From assembly GCA_032128375.1 (NCBI GenBank), contig JAQBGU010000002.1, positions 6,400 to 70,399 on the forward strand: a stretch of 64,000 nt of DNA, given 5' to 3'. A program made the translations under genes and the position numbers. Under the pieces are notes generated by a model. It searched no databases. It was not told the origin of the DNA and saw nothing but the letters and a program-made list of their open reading frames with translations. Shown piece after piece: positions 63,814 through 64,000 of this stretch. Source of the DNA: Deltaproteobacteria bacterium. GTDB taxonomy: Bacteria > Myxococcota_A > UBA9160 > SMWR01. The number at the start of each line of letters is the position of its first letter. Position 1 is the stretch's first letter.

Positions 63814-64000
63814 ATGCGTTCGGTCTCATGCACACAACGGAAGCGATGCTTGCCGGTGCTACTCGCTCTAGCGCTGTTCGCTGGGCCGGCCGCAGCACAA
63901 GAGGCTGCGGAACCCGGCGCCAACGAATCCGGATGTATCGCGTTCTGCTCCAATCCTTCGGCTTCAAATTTTGACGTTGCCTTCGATCTGATCGTGCTGC
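63814..64000 (+). CDS. 5' end of a secreted protein gene (continues beyond window)
   Basis: My own translation: MRSVSCTQRKRCLPVLLALALFAGPAAAQEAAEPGANESGCIAFCSNPSASNFDVAFDLIVL..., a signal peptide with an AAA-QE cleavage-like site. The frame stays open to the window end, so it is not in the ORF track. Confidence 0.45.
   Translation, partial: MRSVSCTQRKRCLPVLLALALFAGPAAAQEAAEPGANESGCIAFCSNPSASNFDVAFDLIVL

Noticed and set aside
1-64000. A search for mobile elements, prophage genes, toxin-antitoxin pairs, restriction-modification or other defence systems.
   Set aside because: No transposase, integrase, recombinase, phage structural, nuclease-helicase or methylase-nuclease signatures were seen in any frame. 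There are no flanking inverted or direct long repeats, and no tRNA-adjacent island.

Overview
GC-rich chromosomal segment that looks like a Gram-negative, probably aquatic proteobacterium. That guess is an inference from the TonB2-type energiser cluster, a TonB-dependent receptor, an IPTL-CTERM-like sorting signal and lipoprotein signals. I support about 57 protein-coding genes. I found no rRNA, tRNA, CRISPR array, transposase or integrase.

Gene content by region:
- 1-7.2 kb: a cold-shock gene, then a regulator-linked cluster of three ferritin-like di-iron proteins, a methyltransferase and a split selenoprotein.
- 7.4-29.8 kb: housekeeping and metabolic genes. These include an M20 peptidase, Coq4 homolog, haloalkane dehalogenase, 2-hydroxyacid and isocitrate-family dehydrogenases, nudC, grxD, moaA, corA, can, a LemA-M48 pair, a MaoC dehydratase and dcd.
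- 30-33.4 kb: an AmmeMemoRadiSam triad translationally coupled to a YhhN gene.
- 38-54 kb: an envelope island with GT-C-type membrane glycosyltransferase-like proteins, a TMTC-like TPR protein, a fused MFS/spermidine-synthase-like protein, two alkaline-phosphatase-superfamily enzymes and an IPTL-CTERM-like secreted protein.
- 54-63.7 kb: a TonB-dependent receptor plus a six-gene TonB2-type system.

Observations that a plain ORF call would miss:
1. An in-frame TGA joins two listed ORFs into a short GrdB-family protein with a U-x-x-C motif, so it is probably a selenoprotein.
2. Short tandem-repeat arrays (8-14 bp units) recur next to gene 5' ends, in at least five intergenic regions and two coding 5' ends.
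3. There are at least five decayed gene remnants: AraC, histidine kinase, SDR, a GNAT half-duplication and DUF2461 fused onto a sulfatase.

I did not find a clear-cut new defence-like or mobile system. The uncharacterised candidates are the di-iron/selenoprotein locus, the AmmeMemoRadiSam-YhhN operon and the putative surface-glycosylation island. All family assignments come from reading motifs by eye. No database search was run.
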